From Octopus vulgaris (lineage: Eukaryota), in the NCBI GenBank assembly GCA_951406725.2, contig OX597823.1, positions 74,090,001 to 74,154,000 on the forward strand: DNA of 64,000 bases, given 5' to 3'. A program made the position numbers and the translations under genes. How positions within the stretch are numbered: position 1 is the first letter of the stretch; the number at the start of each line of letters is the position of its first letter. Below are positions 1 to 13,326 of this stretch, in pieces. A model generated the notes under the pieces. That model worked only from the letters and a program-made list of their open reading frames with translations. It was not told where the DNA came from and made no database searches.

Positions 1-18
1 TATCAATTTATTGTGCAA

Positions 19-79
19 ATATATATATATATATACATATGTATATATGTATGTATATATATACATATATACATACATA

Positions 80-121
<42 letters not shown>

Positions 122-217
122 AATATATACATATATGCGCATATAATATATATATATGTAAATATATACATATATGCGCATATATATATACATATATATG
201 TAAATACATACATATAT

Positions 218-263
<46 letters not shown>

Positions 264-325
264 GGTACATATATATGCATATATATAAATATAATACATA
301 TATATAATACACACACACACATATA
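19..325. repeat. (TA)n microsatellite containing a ~40-bp higher-order unit (tatatgtaaatatatacatatatgcgcatata) x3
   Basis: Read directly; the overlapping ORF calls are low-complexity artefacts. Confidence 0.9.
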
Positions 326-1212
326 TTAATAGGTGTATACAAACAGGTTTATATATCTATATGAGTGTGTGTATATATGTATGTATGTTTACTTGCTGTT
401 AATATCTGTTTCGCGTGTGGTTTATTTAATAGGAGAGGTGGTGACGGTAGGGAGGCAGTCACGCCTTCTAAAGACCGAAAGTATTAATACCAATAGTTAT
501 ATCCCTAGGGAGGAACAGGTATGTTTGTTTTAGGTAGACGGATTGGCATTTATGGAGCATTTGTGGCACAGAGGGAGTGTGATGCGAGTGCTGATAGATG
601 TTCGCGTATATATGTGTGCGCATATTTGGAATACATACATACATACATACATACACATATAAACACATATGCAAATATATGTAAGCGATTGTAATTATAC
701 GTAAGGTATATATCTGTCAATCTCTCTATATTTACATAATCATGCATACATGCATACATACATAGATATATACAAAAATACAAAGAAACATACGTACGTA
801 CATACATACATACATACATACATACATACATACATACATACATACATACATACATACATACATACATACATACATACGTATATGCATATATACGTACCTA
901 CTTACATTTTTATAGAATTTCTTGTTTGTTTCCAAAAACAGCCTTGGAAATAGACAGGAAAAAATCAGACACTGAAGCCTCTTATATTTTATTTGTGTGA
1001 CTAGTTTACAGAATTAATTCTGTTTCGATTCTAATCTGTTCACCAGGCTCCTTTCCCAAACCTAATATATATATTTTTGTGCATTGTTGAGGAAATGCTG
1101 GAAGTAGGGAATGTATATACATGGATAATAACACGAATAGTGGCTTACTGGTAAGGCAGGGTCGTTATGTATTTGGTAAATGAAAGACAGAAATAGGAAT
1201 ATACGAGATTTT

Positions 1213-1325
1213 ATTATTAATTACAGTTGTTTCGACATATCTAGCATCGATCCCTTACTGGTGGGACATTCAGCAACTGGTTCAGGAGCATCCGGTGGTG
1301 CAGATGTGTCTTATCGGGTGATAAT
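1213..1325 (-). ncRNA. Degenerate hammerhead-ribozyme-like motif (Penelope-type)
   Basis: Minus strand reads attatcac-CCGATAA-GACACATCTGCA...TGCTAGATATGTC-GAAAC-AACT-GTA-attaataat. Stem II pairs and the core differs from CTGATGA by two transitions. Confidence 0.5.
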
Positions 1326-1682
1326 CTCGTTAAAATAACGGTTCCGTAATGTATCTTCTTATTTCGTAGAAAAGCAGCAAGACAAATGAAATATGTTCAT
1401 TTACACAGAAAATAAAATAAAAAAAACATTACAGATGCAAAAAAAAGAAACGAATACGCAATACAGAGTGTATGTATGTATGTATGTATGTATGTATGTA
1501 TGTATGTATGTATGTATGTATGTATGTATGTATCCCTCTATCTCTCTATCTATCTATTTATAATTATGTCAGTTTGCGTATGAACAACAGTGCAGTTGGT
1601 TATAGGATCCCAAAATGGAATTTCAATACTTTTCTCGCTGTATTGCACGTTCGTTTCTTCTCAAACACACACACACACATAT

Positions 1683-1734
<52 letters not shown>

Positions 1735-2132
1735 GTATATGTACATACATCTATACGAATATAAATATGCATATGTGGGCACATGACGTCATGAAACGTG
1801 TACAACAAAAAAGTACTAAGCACGAGTACATGGAACATGAACTATTCTTTCGAACAACGAAAGACACAAATGGAAAAAAAAACAAACAACATAAAGAACG
1901 ACCCTTCATCAGTTGTTGGCTGTTTTTCTACAACAGGACAGTGAAAACAAGTAGGAAGGGATGCTAAACCTACAGGAGGTTGTGGTGCGAATGCATAAAT
2001 CAAGCTAGGACAGGAGACAAACAAGAACACGTCTTCGGAGAGAAAGAAAGAAATTTGGCCGATGGTCACGTGGGAGCCACGTACACGCACAAACACACAC
2101 ACACACACGCGTACCCCCCGCCCCACATATAT

Positions 2133-2293
2133 GCGCAGGCGTGGCTGTATGGTAAGTAGCTTGCTTACCAACCACATGGTTCTGGGTTGAGTCCCACTGC
2201 GTGGCACCTTGGTCAAGTGTCTTCTATTATAGCCTCGGGTTGACGAAAGCCTTGTGAGTGGATTTGGTAGACGCAAACTGAAAGAAACCTTCG

Positions 2294-2366
<73 letters not shown>

Positions 2367-2497
2367 GTGTGTGTGTGTGTGTGTTTCTGTGTTTGTCTAG
2401 GCTTACAAAGAATAAGTCTTGGGGTCGATTTGTTCAACTAAAGCGGTGCTCCAGCGTGGCCTCAGTCAAATGGCTGAAACAAATAAAAGAATAAAAT
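2133..2497 (+). mobile_element. SINE family A (tRNA-like head, internal TA/TG microsatellite, LINE-like tail), internally deleted copy
   Basis: A/B-box-like head (tggctgtatggtaag...gggttgagtccc), ggcaccttgg.caagtgtctt core and a tail ending ctgaaac(aaataaaaga). Homologous to several other copies in the window. Confidence 0.85.
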
Positions 2498-2498
2498 A

Positions 2499-3132
2499 AT
2501 AGAATGTCTCCAAAAAGGTATGCACACCATGACAGATGAATTTTCATTTCTTGTCAGATTTAACCCGTTAGAAATAATGATGAGATCCAAATTAAGCTTC
2601 GATCAAAGTGAGCTTGAAAATGTAGTGGAGGTGCAAATATGTTTTAGGAGGGAGTTTCAAACTATCTGCCTACGTGACTTACCCTCACTTGGATTAGAGG
2701 TAAGTTTGAAGCGGGTGGAACTGTGTAGAATCTCTACAAGAACCGTTCTGGAGGCTCACGTGTAGAGATGAGCCCCAGAAAGCAAGAAAAGTTAATAGAA
2801 AACCTGCATCAGTAGAATTATTTTGATGGGAATGCATTGAATATAACGTTTAAAGTGCAAATCTGACATCAGTGAGTGAATTTAGGCTGCCATTGAACGA
2901 GAATGCATACAAATATCAAACGAAATGGTTCTTGTTTGCAATTCCATTGCTTCATATAAACAGCGCCTGAACCAGAAAGGGTCATCGGTATGAAAATAGG
3001 CGTTCATAAAAAGAAAAAAAACATAAGTAAATATATAAATTCTGTTTGTATATTCTATTAAATATTGAAAATGAAATATATTTTAGCAGGCATTGATTTT
3101 ATGATGTGTGAATTCATTTATTTCAACATCTG
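2499..3132 (+). mobile_element. Internally deleted Tc1/mariner-superfamily element with DUF4817-like N-terminus
   Basis: Broken frames read ENVVEVQICFRREFQT..LTWIRGKFEAGGTV.NLYKNRSG and a C-terminal AAIERECIQISNEMV..VCNSI. Ends are degenerate and the right end is followed by TA. Confidence 0.6.
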
Positions 3133-3878
3133 TATATGTATGTAAGTATGTATGTATGTATGTATGTATGTATGTATGTATGTATGTATGTATGTATGTA
3201 TGTATGTATGTATGTATTTATATACATATATAGACATATATATATACGCACATATATATACACACACACATATATATAGATACAAATATAAACACACACA
3301 TATATATATATTATACACACACATACATACACACATATATATATATATGTATATGCATATATTTATATATATATATATATGTATATGTTTGTGTGGTGTG
3401 TTTGTGTTTGTGTGTTTCTGTGTGTTAGTGTGCGTTAGTGTGTGTTGATGTATGTATGTATATGTTTATTAGTAGTTATGTATTAGTACACCTTTACTGT
3501 CAATGATGACAGTAAAAATATTTATCTTAAGAATTGAGGAAAACAATGAAAAAAATTTTAATACGTAAATCTAAGTTTATACTTAAAGCTATTTTCATAC
3601 AACATTCATTTCAATGAAAATATGAAAGAGAAAAAAATGTATCTGTGACATATTTAATAAAACAGATCTAACACTAAAAATTTAAATGAGTTTGGAGAAG
3701 TTATCAGGCAGTAAAATTGTGCAGCTGGTCTTTGCAGTTAGTCTTTAATTCAATATTTCTTTCATTACTATATTTCTATTAATGAAAAATGTTTTCAGAA
3801 AATAAACTTGTAATATTTTCATGAGTAGTTTTAAACTATTTATAATTCATGATCTACGGAGCGGTACATAGAGTTATT

Positions 3879-4107
3879 TGTTAGGCAGAAGAAGCCAGTT
3901 TTACTCCCATGTCAACAATTGAATCACACTACTGCTATCTAGCAGGCCATGCTACTCCAGACTGATGACGAGCAAAGACTCAGAAACTAGTCTCTGGTTG
4001 CGGGCTTAGCTGGGTGGAGGTGCTTGTCTCCCCCTTGTAAACATAAGGACACAGGAAATGTGTCAAGGCTGACAGGAAGCAGTAGTGTGATTCCCTTCAT
4101 GGGACTG

Positions 4108-4112
<5 letters not shown>
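3879..4112 (+). mobile_element. Short dispersed repeat carrying a hammerhead ribozyme (second copy at ~19703-19882, minus)
   Basis: Clear homology to 19703-19882 (gcaggccatgctactccagact, gcgggcttagctgg, gtaaacataaggacacaggaaatgtgtca). The left boundary is uncertain. Confidence 0.7.
3957..3997 (+). ncRNA. Minimal type I hammerhead ribozyme
   Basis: CCAGA-CTGATGA-cGAGcaaagaCTCa-GAAAC-TA-GTC-TCTGG. Core boxes are perfect, stem I has 5 bp, stem III is the palindrome ACTAGT, and the cleavage triplet is GUC. Confidence 0.8.
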
Positions 4113-4156
<44 letters not shown>

Positions 4157-4289
4157 CAGACACACGCACATACATATATATATATACATACATACATACA
4201 CACATACACACACACATACACACACACATATATATAGTATCCCATGATGTTCCTATGAGAGTATGTTTAAATTGCTAGGCAATTTACAT

Positions 4290-4425
4290 CAATTTGCGGT
4301 TCGGCAAAAAGGGACCGATAGAATAAGTCCTAGGCTTACAAAGAATAAGTCCTGGGCTGGATTTGCTGCAGTAAAGTCGGTGCTCCAGCATGGTCGCAGT
4401 GAAATGGCTGAAACAAGCGAAAAAA
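4290..4425 (+). mobile_element. SINE family A 3' fragment
   Basis: gcggttcggcaaaa...ggtgctccagcatggtcgcagtgaaatggctgaaac matches the family A tail. Confidence 0.75.
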
Positions 4426-4444
4426 TATATATGTGTGTGTATCT

Positions 4445-4600
4445 CACGTGATCATGTGACCCACCAGATTTATTAGATTTCGTTACACATCGCTGGTCAC
4501 AATATGCTTTAGCCTTCGAATGATGCTACTTCGCCCGCTCTGGGAATCGAATCCAGGATCTAGCAGTTGTAAGTGCAACAACCTTACCGCTAGGCCACTC
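4445..4600 (-). mobile_element. tRNA-derived SINE fragment (further family)
   Basis: Minus strand agtggcctagcggtaagg...ggattcgattccc gives A and B boxes, followed by a non-tRNA body. Confidence 0.55.
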
Positions 4601-4915
4601 ACTTGCACTCACTCCCACACACACAAACACACACACACATATATACACACACAAATTCATAGACACATCAAAAATGTCTTAGGGGGTCATATACCAAACA
4701 TCAACATTGATTAACAAATCCACATGTCACAAGTATTACGATATCACAGGATATCACTGATGGAAAGGAACAAAGTGTTGGAGTAGCTAATTTAATACCA
4801 ACTGTTTAAGCACTCAAAGAATATGGATACAAGGTTTCAAGTAATCAAGCTATAGAATTTTAATATTACTTGGTAACTCCTGTAAGAAAACTTATACTGC
4901 TTGCCAGAAAATTTA

Positions 4916-5418
4916 CCGTAAATCCTCGTGTATAATCCGCATTTCCCCACCAAAATTTAAAGGTCAAAATCCCTAGTGCGTACTATATACGAGGTTAAAA
5001 ATGAAAAATATTTTCTAAGCAATGTCCGAGTCTCTATTTGCTGTCCGGCAATGTTTATTCAGACGCATTTTGTGATGTAGGGCGCGAAAACTACCTTAAG
5101 CTAAGCCTGAAAGCAATGAAGTCATAAAAGAATCATCCATAACTTGCAGTAAGCAACATTTATTAAACGTTATTACTGTTATTTCTTTATTTTCTGCAAA
5201 CAAAATGCACAAAAATGCTACACGTTTGTATTATGTTATATATGCAATAATAATAAAGGAGGTTACCGTATACATTTTTACAAACAAAGGACGTTATATA
5301 GACCACCTTGACTCAAGTTAGAGAAGAGGTGCGTATTGTACACAAGGTTTAAGTTTTTCAGAGGTACAGCCCCCTAAAAATCCCCTGCTCAAGGGTGGAC
5401 TATACTCGAGGAATACGG
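4916..5418. mobile_element. ~500-bp MITE with CCGTA termini (Tc2/pogo-like) and TA target duplication
   Basis: TA|CCGTAAATCCTCGTGTATAATCC ... GGACTATACTCGAGGAATACGG|TA, with internal copies of the subterminal motif (gtgcgtactatatacgagg, gtgcgtattgtacacaagg) and no ORF. Confidence 0.8.
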
Positions 5419-5797
5419 TAGTTAAAGGCAGAAGGCAATGACTCCAGATTGTTTCAGCTATTTTATATCATGAAATATTCTCAAAATGATTGACTTGCAT
5501 TGTGAGAGCCAGAAAGCGCAAAGCCACACAATTAGAGAAATGTGTGAAGTTGGTTATATCAACTTCTTATTTGACTGAAGCACATACTTTATTGATTCGT
5601 GGAAGGACAGACGGCAAAGTTGACCGCAGTGGGTTGTGATCTCAAAATATAAAGAGACTTAATTAAATAAAACGTTGTATTTCACCATATAAACATGAAA
5701 ATTAATATACATATCAGTACACACTCAAACACACATATATTTAATATAAGCCACATTTACTTACGTAGCTGTGCATATATATGTGTATGGTGTGTGC

Positions 5798-5839
<42 letters not shown>

Positions 5840-6428
5840 GTGTATTTATAAACTCGTTTTATGAACATTTCAAACCGAAATATAATAAAAGCAAAATTAT
5901 ATATCTATGATTGATAAAAGCGCGATCATATACCTATATTTACATATATTCGTATGTATAAAGCTACTCAATCGCATGTACATAGTAGCACGCCTACATG
6001 TCTCGTACACACATGATGACACATATATTGGAGATGTGAAATGGAATTAGGTCGTTGGTCAATACAAATTAGGTCAGTTGTATATTCCACTATAGGTAGT
6101 TATAAACAGTTTTAATCTCTTTTCTGTTAGAGGAAATATAAAGAGAATAATACAGTTGAATGTATATGACCTTATAGAGAGACATAACATTAAAGTTGAT
6201 TTATAGACTGTCAATTTTCAGCGCTGCCACTGCATGAATTGAGGAAGTAAGGGAGGAAGAAAAAAAAGGTGGGGAGAGATAGAGAGTGTGGTTAGAAAAG
6301 AGAACAAACCATTTGCAATCGTTTTGTAAAGTTGTATGTCTATTATATGTTTCATTGACTTCTTTGGTCTAGAAATTTCTGGAAACACGTGGAGGCTAAC
6401 AATAAGAAAAAAAAAGATACATTTACAC

Positions 6429-6578
6429 GCATGGTAAGTAGCTTGATTACCAGCCACATGGTTCCGGGTTCAGTCCCACTACGTGGCACCTTGGGCAAGT
6501 GTCTTCTACTATACCCTCGGGCCGACTAAAGCCTTGTGAGAGGATTTGGTAGACGGAAACTGAAAGAAGACCGCCGTA

Positions 6579-6621
<43 letters not shown>

Positions 6622-6827
6622 TTGTGTGTCTGTGTTTGTCCCCCAAACATCGCTTGACAACCGATGCCAGTGTGTTTACGTGCCCGTAACTTAGCGGTTC
6701 GGTAATTGAGACCGATAGAATAAGTACTAAGCTTACGAAGAATAAGTCCTGGAGTCGATTTCTTCGACTAAAGGTGGTGCTCCAGTATGGCCGCAGTCAA
6801 ATGACTGAAACAAGTAAAAGAGTAAAA
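6429..6827 (+). mobile_element. SINE family A
   Basis: Near full-length match to the other family A copies. Confidence 0.9.
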
Positions 6828-8063
6828 CCGTATGCATATGTATACACACACTCACTCTCCTTTCTTTGTCTCTTATCTCTCTCTCCCTTTCGTCTGTCTG
6901 CTTGCTCATTCTCTCTCTCTCTCTTTCTCTCTCAGTCTCTCTCTCTATCTCTCTCTCTCCGGGCCCTACGTGCGTGCCTGTATTTAGTGGCTCGATTCCA
7001 AAACGGTTGTTTGGCTGCCTCACATTACTAGAAAGCCTATGATGGCGTATTTATTTAATCAAGGTTTATGTGTTGCAAAATAAGAACGAAGAAACTTGTT
7101 TTGGTTGTATTTTATGAAGATAAAGTCACTGTCTGATAGTGAATCGTTCTTTGTTCTTTTTTCTAAAACTTGTTTGGTACACCTCTTTTGATGTTACAGT
7201 TGTTCCTAGTCATCCACAGTTCATTGTTCCGGTTGCACAAAAAAATCTGAGTGATTTTTAGATAAACCAGAAAGAGCAGTAAAATCTCTCTCAAATCATA
7301 CTTTGCTACCTTTTCAATGACCTGATAAAATGATACGCTGATCAAAGCTAGAATACTTTCAGAAAAACTTAATACTTAACAAAAGTAAGTACAATTATTT
7401 CTCAAAATCAACCCTTACATCATTGATACATTATTTATTAAATAGCAGCCAAACCTCCCTCAATCATTGATGAATATAAGGAGCAGTTTATGAAGCTGTG
7501 TGTCTATTATATGTTTTATTTACTTTCTTCGTCTAGAAATTTCTAGAAACACAAGGAGGCTAACAATAAGAAAAACCATACAAACACGCACCCATATATA
7601 CACACACACTCTCTCTCTCCTTTCTTTTTCCTTTCTCTCTCTTCCCTTTGTCTGATTCTCTGTCTCTCTGTCTGTCTCTCTCCCTCTCAGGAACCTACGC
7701 GCAAGCCTGTATTTAGTGGCTTGATTCCACAAGAGTGTTCCTCTGATTTTCAGCTTATATAGCGTATGGTTAATCATACCTGATCCTGCCTTCCAGCCTC
7801 AGGCCTCTTGAAACTTACCGAACTACACCTACTGATATCCATTTCTTTCACTGTCCTCAATTCACACATTAACGTCTTTACGCAAAACCTTATAGACACC
7901 GGCCAATACAGTCATAGATATGTAAATATAAATAAATAAAAAAAGGAATATTCACAACTTGAAGGTTGTTGCTATTACTGCTTCTGCTGCTGTCGTTGTT
8001 GTTGTTGTTGTAGTTGCTGCTTTCCTTGCCCCAATTGGCATTTAATGTTACTATTTAAGCTAA

Positions 8064-8200
8064 GTGGTCGTCCGAACACAACGTATGTTGATCAACTCAC
8101 CAGAGGCACTGGATGCCTCCCTGAAGACCTCCCTCAACTAATGCAGGTCCAAGATGGATGGCGCGTGCGGGTTAAAAATGCTTAAGCAAGCTGGATGGTG
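8064..8200 (+). mobile_element. RTE-clade LINE 3' fragment
   Basis: Translates GRPNTTYVDQLTRGTGCLPEDLPQLMQVQDGWRVRV, which resembles the RTE ORF C-terminus. It runs directly into a (TGA)n tail. Confidence 0.7.
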
Positions 8201-8267
8201 ATGATGGTGATGATGATGGTGGTGATGATGATGATGATGATGGTGGTGATGATGATGATGATGGTGG

Positions 8268-8298
<31 letters not shown>

Positions 8299-8541
8299 GA
8301 TGATGATGATGATGGTGATGATGATGGTGGTGATGATGATGGTGGTGATGATGATGATGGTGATGATGATGATGGCGATGATGGCGATGATGGCGATGAT
8401 GGCGATGATGGCGATGATGACGATGATGATGGCGATGATGATGGCGATGATGATGGCGATGATGATGGCGATGATGATGGCGATGGCGATGATGATGGCG
8501 ATGGCGATGGCGATGACGATGACGATGGCGATGACGATGAC

Positions 8542-8577
<36 letters not shown>
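8195..8577. repeat. Compound (GAT/GGT/GGC)n trinucleotide array
   Basis: Read directly. Confidence 0.95.
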
Positions 8578-8579
<2 letters not shown>

Positions 8580-8879
8580 AAATGGCAGAATGTATTCGGC
8601 TCAAATTGATTTGAGTGAAGTTGGCTGTGCATGGCAAGCACAGAGGTGCAATTCGCTTCTCGCTCTGAACGCATTTGCACACCGAAACGGTGATCCATTG
8701 AAACCAGCAATTTTGATTGGAGATCTAATCGATCAGGGATCGACCTTGGGTGAAACAACAATAGCAACAACAATTTTTGGAGGAAGTAAAAGAAGCAGGA
8801 GCAAGCAACTGTTTTGCAACATATTGGGTTAAATTTGATGGATTCTTTGTGTGTGTGTATCAACGTGTCTGTATTTGTC

Positions 8880-9075
8880 TTCCTTGGCAACCGGTGTTGG
8901 TGTGTTTATGTCCCCATAACCTAGCAGTTCGGCAAAATAGACCGACAGAATAAGTAATCGGCTTAAAACATAAGTCCTGGGTACGATCTGTTCGACTGAA
9001 ATCATTCGAGGTGGTTCTCCAGCATGGCCGCAGCGAAAGGATTGAAGCAAACAGTAGAATAAAAGAATAAAAGAA
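8880..9075 (+). mobile_element. SINE family A 3' half (diverged)
   Basis: caaccggtgttggtgtgtttatgtcccc...ccagcatggccgcag...aataaaaga. Confidence 0.75.
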
Positions 9076-9164
9076 TATATAGAGATGCGTACATAGCACA
9101 CTCAAACACACACAAACACTCAAACAAACACACCGATATTACATAGACACACGCACAGCACTCG

Positions 9165-9497
9165 CTCAGGTATTTCCTCGGATTTGATTTTCCACTAATG
9201 TACAAGGAATGAAGTTTTAGGCTTTCAGCTAAGATCGAAGTGTATTACTAAATCCATGAATATTGAGATATTCATGCATTTCTATGAGATATAAGACATA
9301 AAAGTACTTTTACAAATGACAAGGATGTTATCTGAAGTGGACTCAATAATATTATCTTTCATGATACACCATAACGCGATACGTATATCGCTTTCAGGCA
9401 TAGCTGCAATATTGAAACCTGCCATTTTCAAACACATTTATTCGCTTTTGTGGTGGGCTAGATATGAAAAGACAGCAACTGGATATGTAGATTACCG
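9165..9497 (+). repeat. Duplicated segment with U2 snRNA-like 5' fragment (copy 1)
   Basis: Aligns with 14883-15235. The stretch ggctttcagctaagatcgaagtgtatta resembles U2 nt ~11-38. Confidence 0.7.
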
Positions 9498-9500
9498 AAG

Positions 9501-9558
<58 letters not shown>

Positions 9559-9570
9559 GTACATATATAC

Positions 9571-9605
<35 letters not shown>

Positions 9606-9712
9606 CACATATATATATATATATACAGATATATATTAGATATATATTTATATATATGTATATACTATACATACATACGTATGTCACACATATATACACA
9701 TATGGATATACA

Positions 9713-9758
<46 letters not shown>

Positions 9759-10119
9759 CGTATATATTATACTTTAGATACCACACATATGTCCATAGAA
9801 ATGCACAGGCATGCATATATTTATATACATACATAGAAATATAGGAATAGACATGAATATATATGCATTTCCTGTAAGGATAAGTGCAAACAGAATTTAT
9901 AAATATGTATGTATCATATTTATGTATAATGTTTATGTATTACGTATACACATTATATGTATACATAATTACGTGTATATATATATATATATGTATGTAT
10001 GCTTGCATTCATGTATGTATGCATGTATTTATTTATGTATGTATGTTTGCATGCATGTATGTAGTCTAATTAAGAGAGTTGTAATGTCAAACCAATTTAG
10101 CTACAGCGTCAACCATTGT

Positions 10120-10475
10120 GCTTGCATTTTGTTTCGTCTCTTTACATTCTGTGTTCAAATCCCTCCGAAGTCAATGTTGCAGTTCATCCCTCGAAAGGCA
10201 ACGTAATAAAGCACGAAGCATATACTAGAGTCGATGGTATCGACATACTCCACCACCACTCTCAATATTGCTGGTCTTGTGCCTAAATCAGTAATAATTA
10301 TTTTATTATTACTAGATTGTTTTAAGTAATGAGTTAGCAGAATTGAGAGACAAAATGCCTCGCGTTATTTCTTTCGGCTTTACATTCTACGTTCAAATTC
10401 CTCCACGGTCGACTTTGTCTTTCACCCTTTAGGGGTCGATAAAGTAAGCACCAGCTGAACACTGGAGTCGATGAC
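10120..10475 (+). mobile_element. Two degenerate SINE family B fragments
   Basis: gttcaaattc...gtcgactttgtctttcaccctttaggggtcgataaagtaagcaccag core. Confidence 0.65.
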
Positions 10476-10831
10476 AGGTAACTTTGGAAGGAGACTTTCG
10501 CCATCATAGGTATTATCAGGAAATTATAGCATACACATAATAATTATAATGTAACTGTTATAATATTTCTTAGTTACAAAATATTTAGTCGCCTAAAGTT
10601 AAATTGGAAAGCATAAATTTCTCATTTGTATAGTTGCAATAAATGTTATTATTTTAAAAATCTTATCGATTTAATCGCATTCTACACCATCAAGAACCTA
10701 TTTTTGCAACATTTCATTAAAATAAGTGTGTCTTTCGGAAAGTTGCAAGAATCAAGATAGTTGGTAGGAAGCATTTTTCCCCGGCGTGTTAACAATTCTG
10801 CCATCTCACCGCCTCTAAGAATAGTAACTTG

Positions 10832-10903
10832 CTTTCCTTGCAAGGAATCGAACCCTAATCTTCCGCATGAAGGCGGGTATACTTACCACTATACTACCGT
10901 GTT
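10832..10903 (-). pseudogene. tRNA-Asp-like pseudogene
   Basis: Minus strand cggtagtatagtggtaagtatacccgccttcatgcggaagattagggttcgattcc aligns with metazoan tRNA-Asp(GTC). The anticodon loop has a 1-nt deletion and the acceptor stem is broken. Confidence 0.65.
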
Positions 10904-10944
10904 TTCTATTTCACAAGGTTAGCATCTTAAATTTGAGCTTTCTA

Positions 10945-11006
10945 ATCCTTAAATCCTTAAAAATGTTTTAGCCCGAAGGCCGCGGCCATGCTGAGGCACC
11001 ACCGTG
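10945..11006 (-). mobile_element. Tiny LINE-type 3' terminus with (TTTAAGGA)n tail
   Basis: Minus strand GGTGGTGCCTCAGCATGGCCGCGGCC-TTCG-GGCTAAAAC followed by TTTAAGGA x2. Confidence 0.6.
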
Positions 11007-11949
11007 TTTATGTTTTTTTAGCTTTGCTTATTTATTTGAAAATAATTTTGGGGTCGTTTGTTTCTGTTATTAAGGTAACTGCTACTGCCACTTTGACGAG
11101 AACCTCTTCCTCATATCATTGGGGCGTCCATCTTGCTGCATATATCAATGACTACAGTAAAAATGCTAATAGTCAACAATATGTAAACAGTTAATCATGT
11201 CTGAAAAGGAACCTTTGTCTTCTATCTCTGGTATGAAGCAGACCCTTAAACAACCCGAAAGCCTTCTGTTAGAAAGACTCTAATTAAAAATGAACTTTTT
11301 TTCATATGATAATTCGATTATACATTTGACATCCGTTCGCTCCAGCATTCAGCAACAACAGCATCAGAAGCAGCAGTCACAACAACAACAACAACAACAA
11401 CACTGATAATACTAATAAGCGATATTTACTGCAGTAATACAATTTCCGTAATCAGCAACTACGTTATCTAGATTAGATAGGTTTCCTTTTCATAATTTTA
11501 AATAAATATTGGTTAAATAGATAAATAATAAGAGACAAAAAATAAAACTGAAAAATTTAAATATCTAAAACATGTTTCAGTTGTGACGTCTTTCTTAAAT
11601 GATAAAATATTCATAAATCACGAATGATTAAGGTGGAGTTTCGGTTGATTCTATATTCTGATTTCTCTTTCAAAAACAAAATCATGTGATACGTCGAAGA
11701 CAGAATGGAAGGACAAAGTCAAAAGAGAAACACAAGAACAACAACAAACACAGAAACAAACAAACAACTGACTAGTTTTATTGTTCTAGATGAATGTGAC
11801 TTGCATCAAATATTAGCATTTATTGTAGGACGAGAAATATTTCTTATGAGATTTCCATTTCTCCCCCTTCATCCTCCTGCTTCCCCCTCTTCTCCATCAT
11901 CATCATCACCGTCATCATCATCATCATCATCACCACCACCACCACCACC

Positions 11950-12002
<53 letters not shown>

Positions 12003-12610
12003 GTGCACTGATGGCAATAATGACGATGATTATGGAAATGATGATAGAGAAGTAGTCGTAGCTTCTTGCTCCCCCGTTCTTAGCCAAACGGAAATATATA
12101 AACATACACAGCAGAATTAGAAAATAATATACACAGGAAACTAATCCAAGATTATGGAATGTGCATAAGAAAAAAAAACAAAACAAAACATTACGCAAAT
12201 ACAGAGCACAATATGTTTGTAGTGTGTATTTGTGTAGTGGAATGACAAAGCATCATAGTACGAGATTTTCACAGAGAAGTAGATTAAAATAAATCGTCCA
12301 CTCATTATTGTTAAGCTGTTCGAGCTAAAAACAATAATACTGTTGATCACTCTATGTTGTACAATGAACGGCGATATCTTGTCGCTGTGTGGTTAACAAG
12401 TTAGTCTCGGAAATGTGTAGCTTCATGTACGATAACACAGCGAAGCGTCACCCAGCTTAACACCGCCGAGTAGTCACTGTGATTCGTTAGCAGAGTCCAC
12501 CCTACTGAATGCATTTAAGTGAAGTCGCAAATCTAGCAGTAACCAGTTCTCTTCTTCTCACCAATCTCGATCACGGTTACTATTCATCTTCTTCTGGCTA
12601 GGTACACACA

Positions 12611-12707
<97 letters not shown>

Positions 12708-12740
12708 CTATCCCTCCTCGTCTGTCTCGCCTCATTATTC

Positions 12741-12776
12741 ATTTCTGAAGAAGAGAGTAGGCTCGAAATATAAAAG
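12741..12776 (+). ncRNA. Hammerhead-like motif in a short repeat (same family as 16480-16515)
   Basis: TTT-CTGAAGA-aGAGagtaggCTC-GAAA-TA-TA-AAAG. Confidence 0.6.
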
Positions 12777-13326
12777 ACTTATATTTTTCCTGAGTGTCAA
12801 GCCAATACACCTTATTTGCTGTTCGTCCACCTCGCCTTTGCGTTTTTATATTTTTATACCACGCACACAGACACAATATATATGTGTATGTATGTATGTA
12901 TGTATGTTTGCATGTATGCATGCATGTATGTATGTATGCATGCATGCATGCATGTATGTATGTATGTATGCATGCATGCATGTATGTATGTATGTATGTA
13001 TGTATGCATGCATGTATGCATGCATGTATGTATGTATGCATGCATGCATGCATGAATATATGTATGTATGTGTGTATGTTTGTATGCATGTATGTATGTA
13101 TATGTGTATATGAATCGTTTTAAACAGTGAAATTCGATGTAGGCAAAGCTATAAATAACAGCGTGTAAATATAAGGTTAAAGAAACTCCTGAACAGAATA
13201 TTTTTGAATTTAGAAACTTTTTTAGGAGTGAAAGGAATCGTCTGTAACGATGGAAAACGGAACAGACAAAACTATTAGTAATAGCGTATAAATATCAGTT
13301 AAAAATCCCTTGGATGAAAAAGCCGA

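Noticed and set aside
8138-8890. 250-aa poly-His ORF suggesting a metal-binding protein
   Set aside because: It is the antisense reading of a (GAT)n array attached to an RTE tail.
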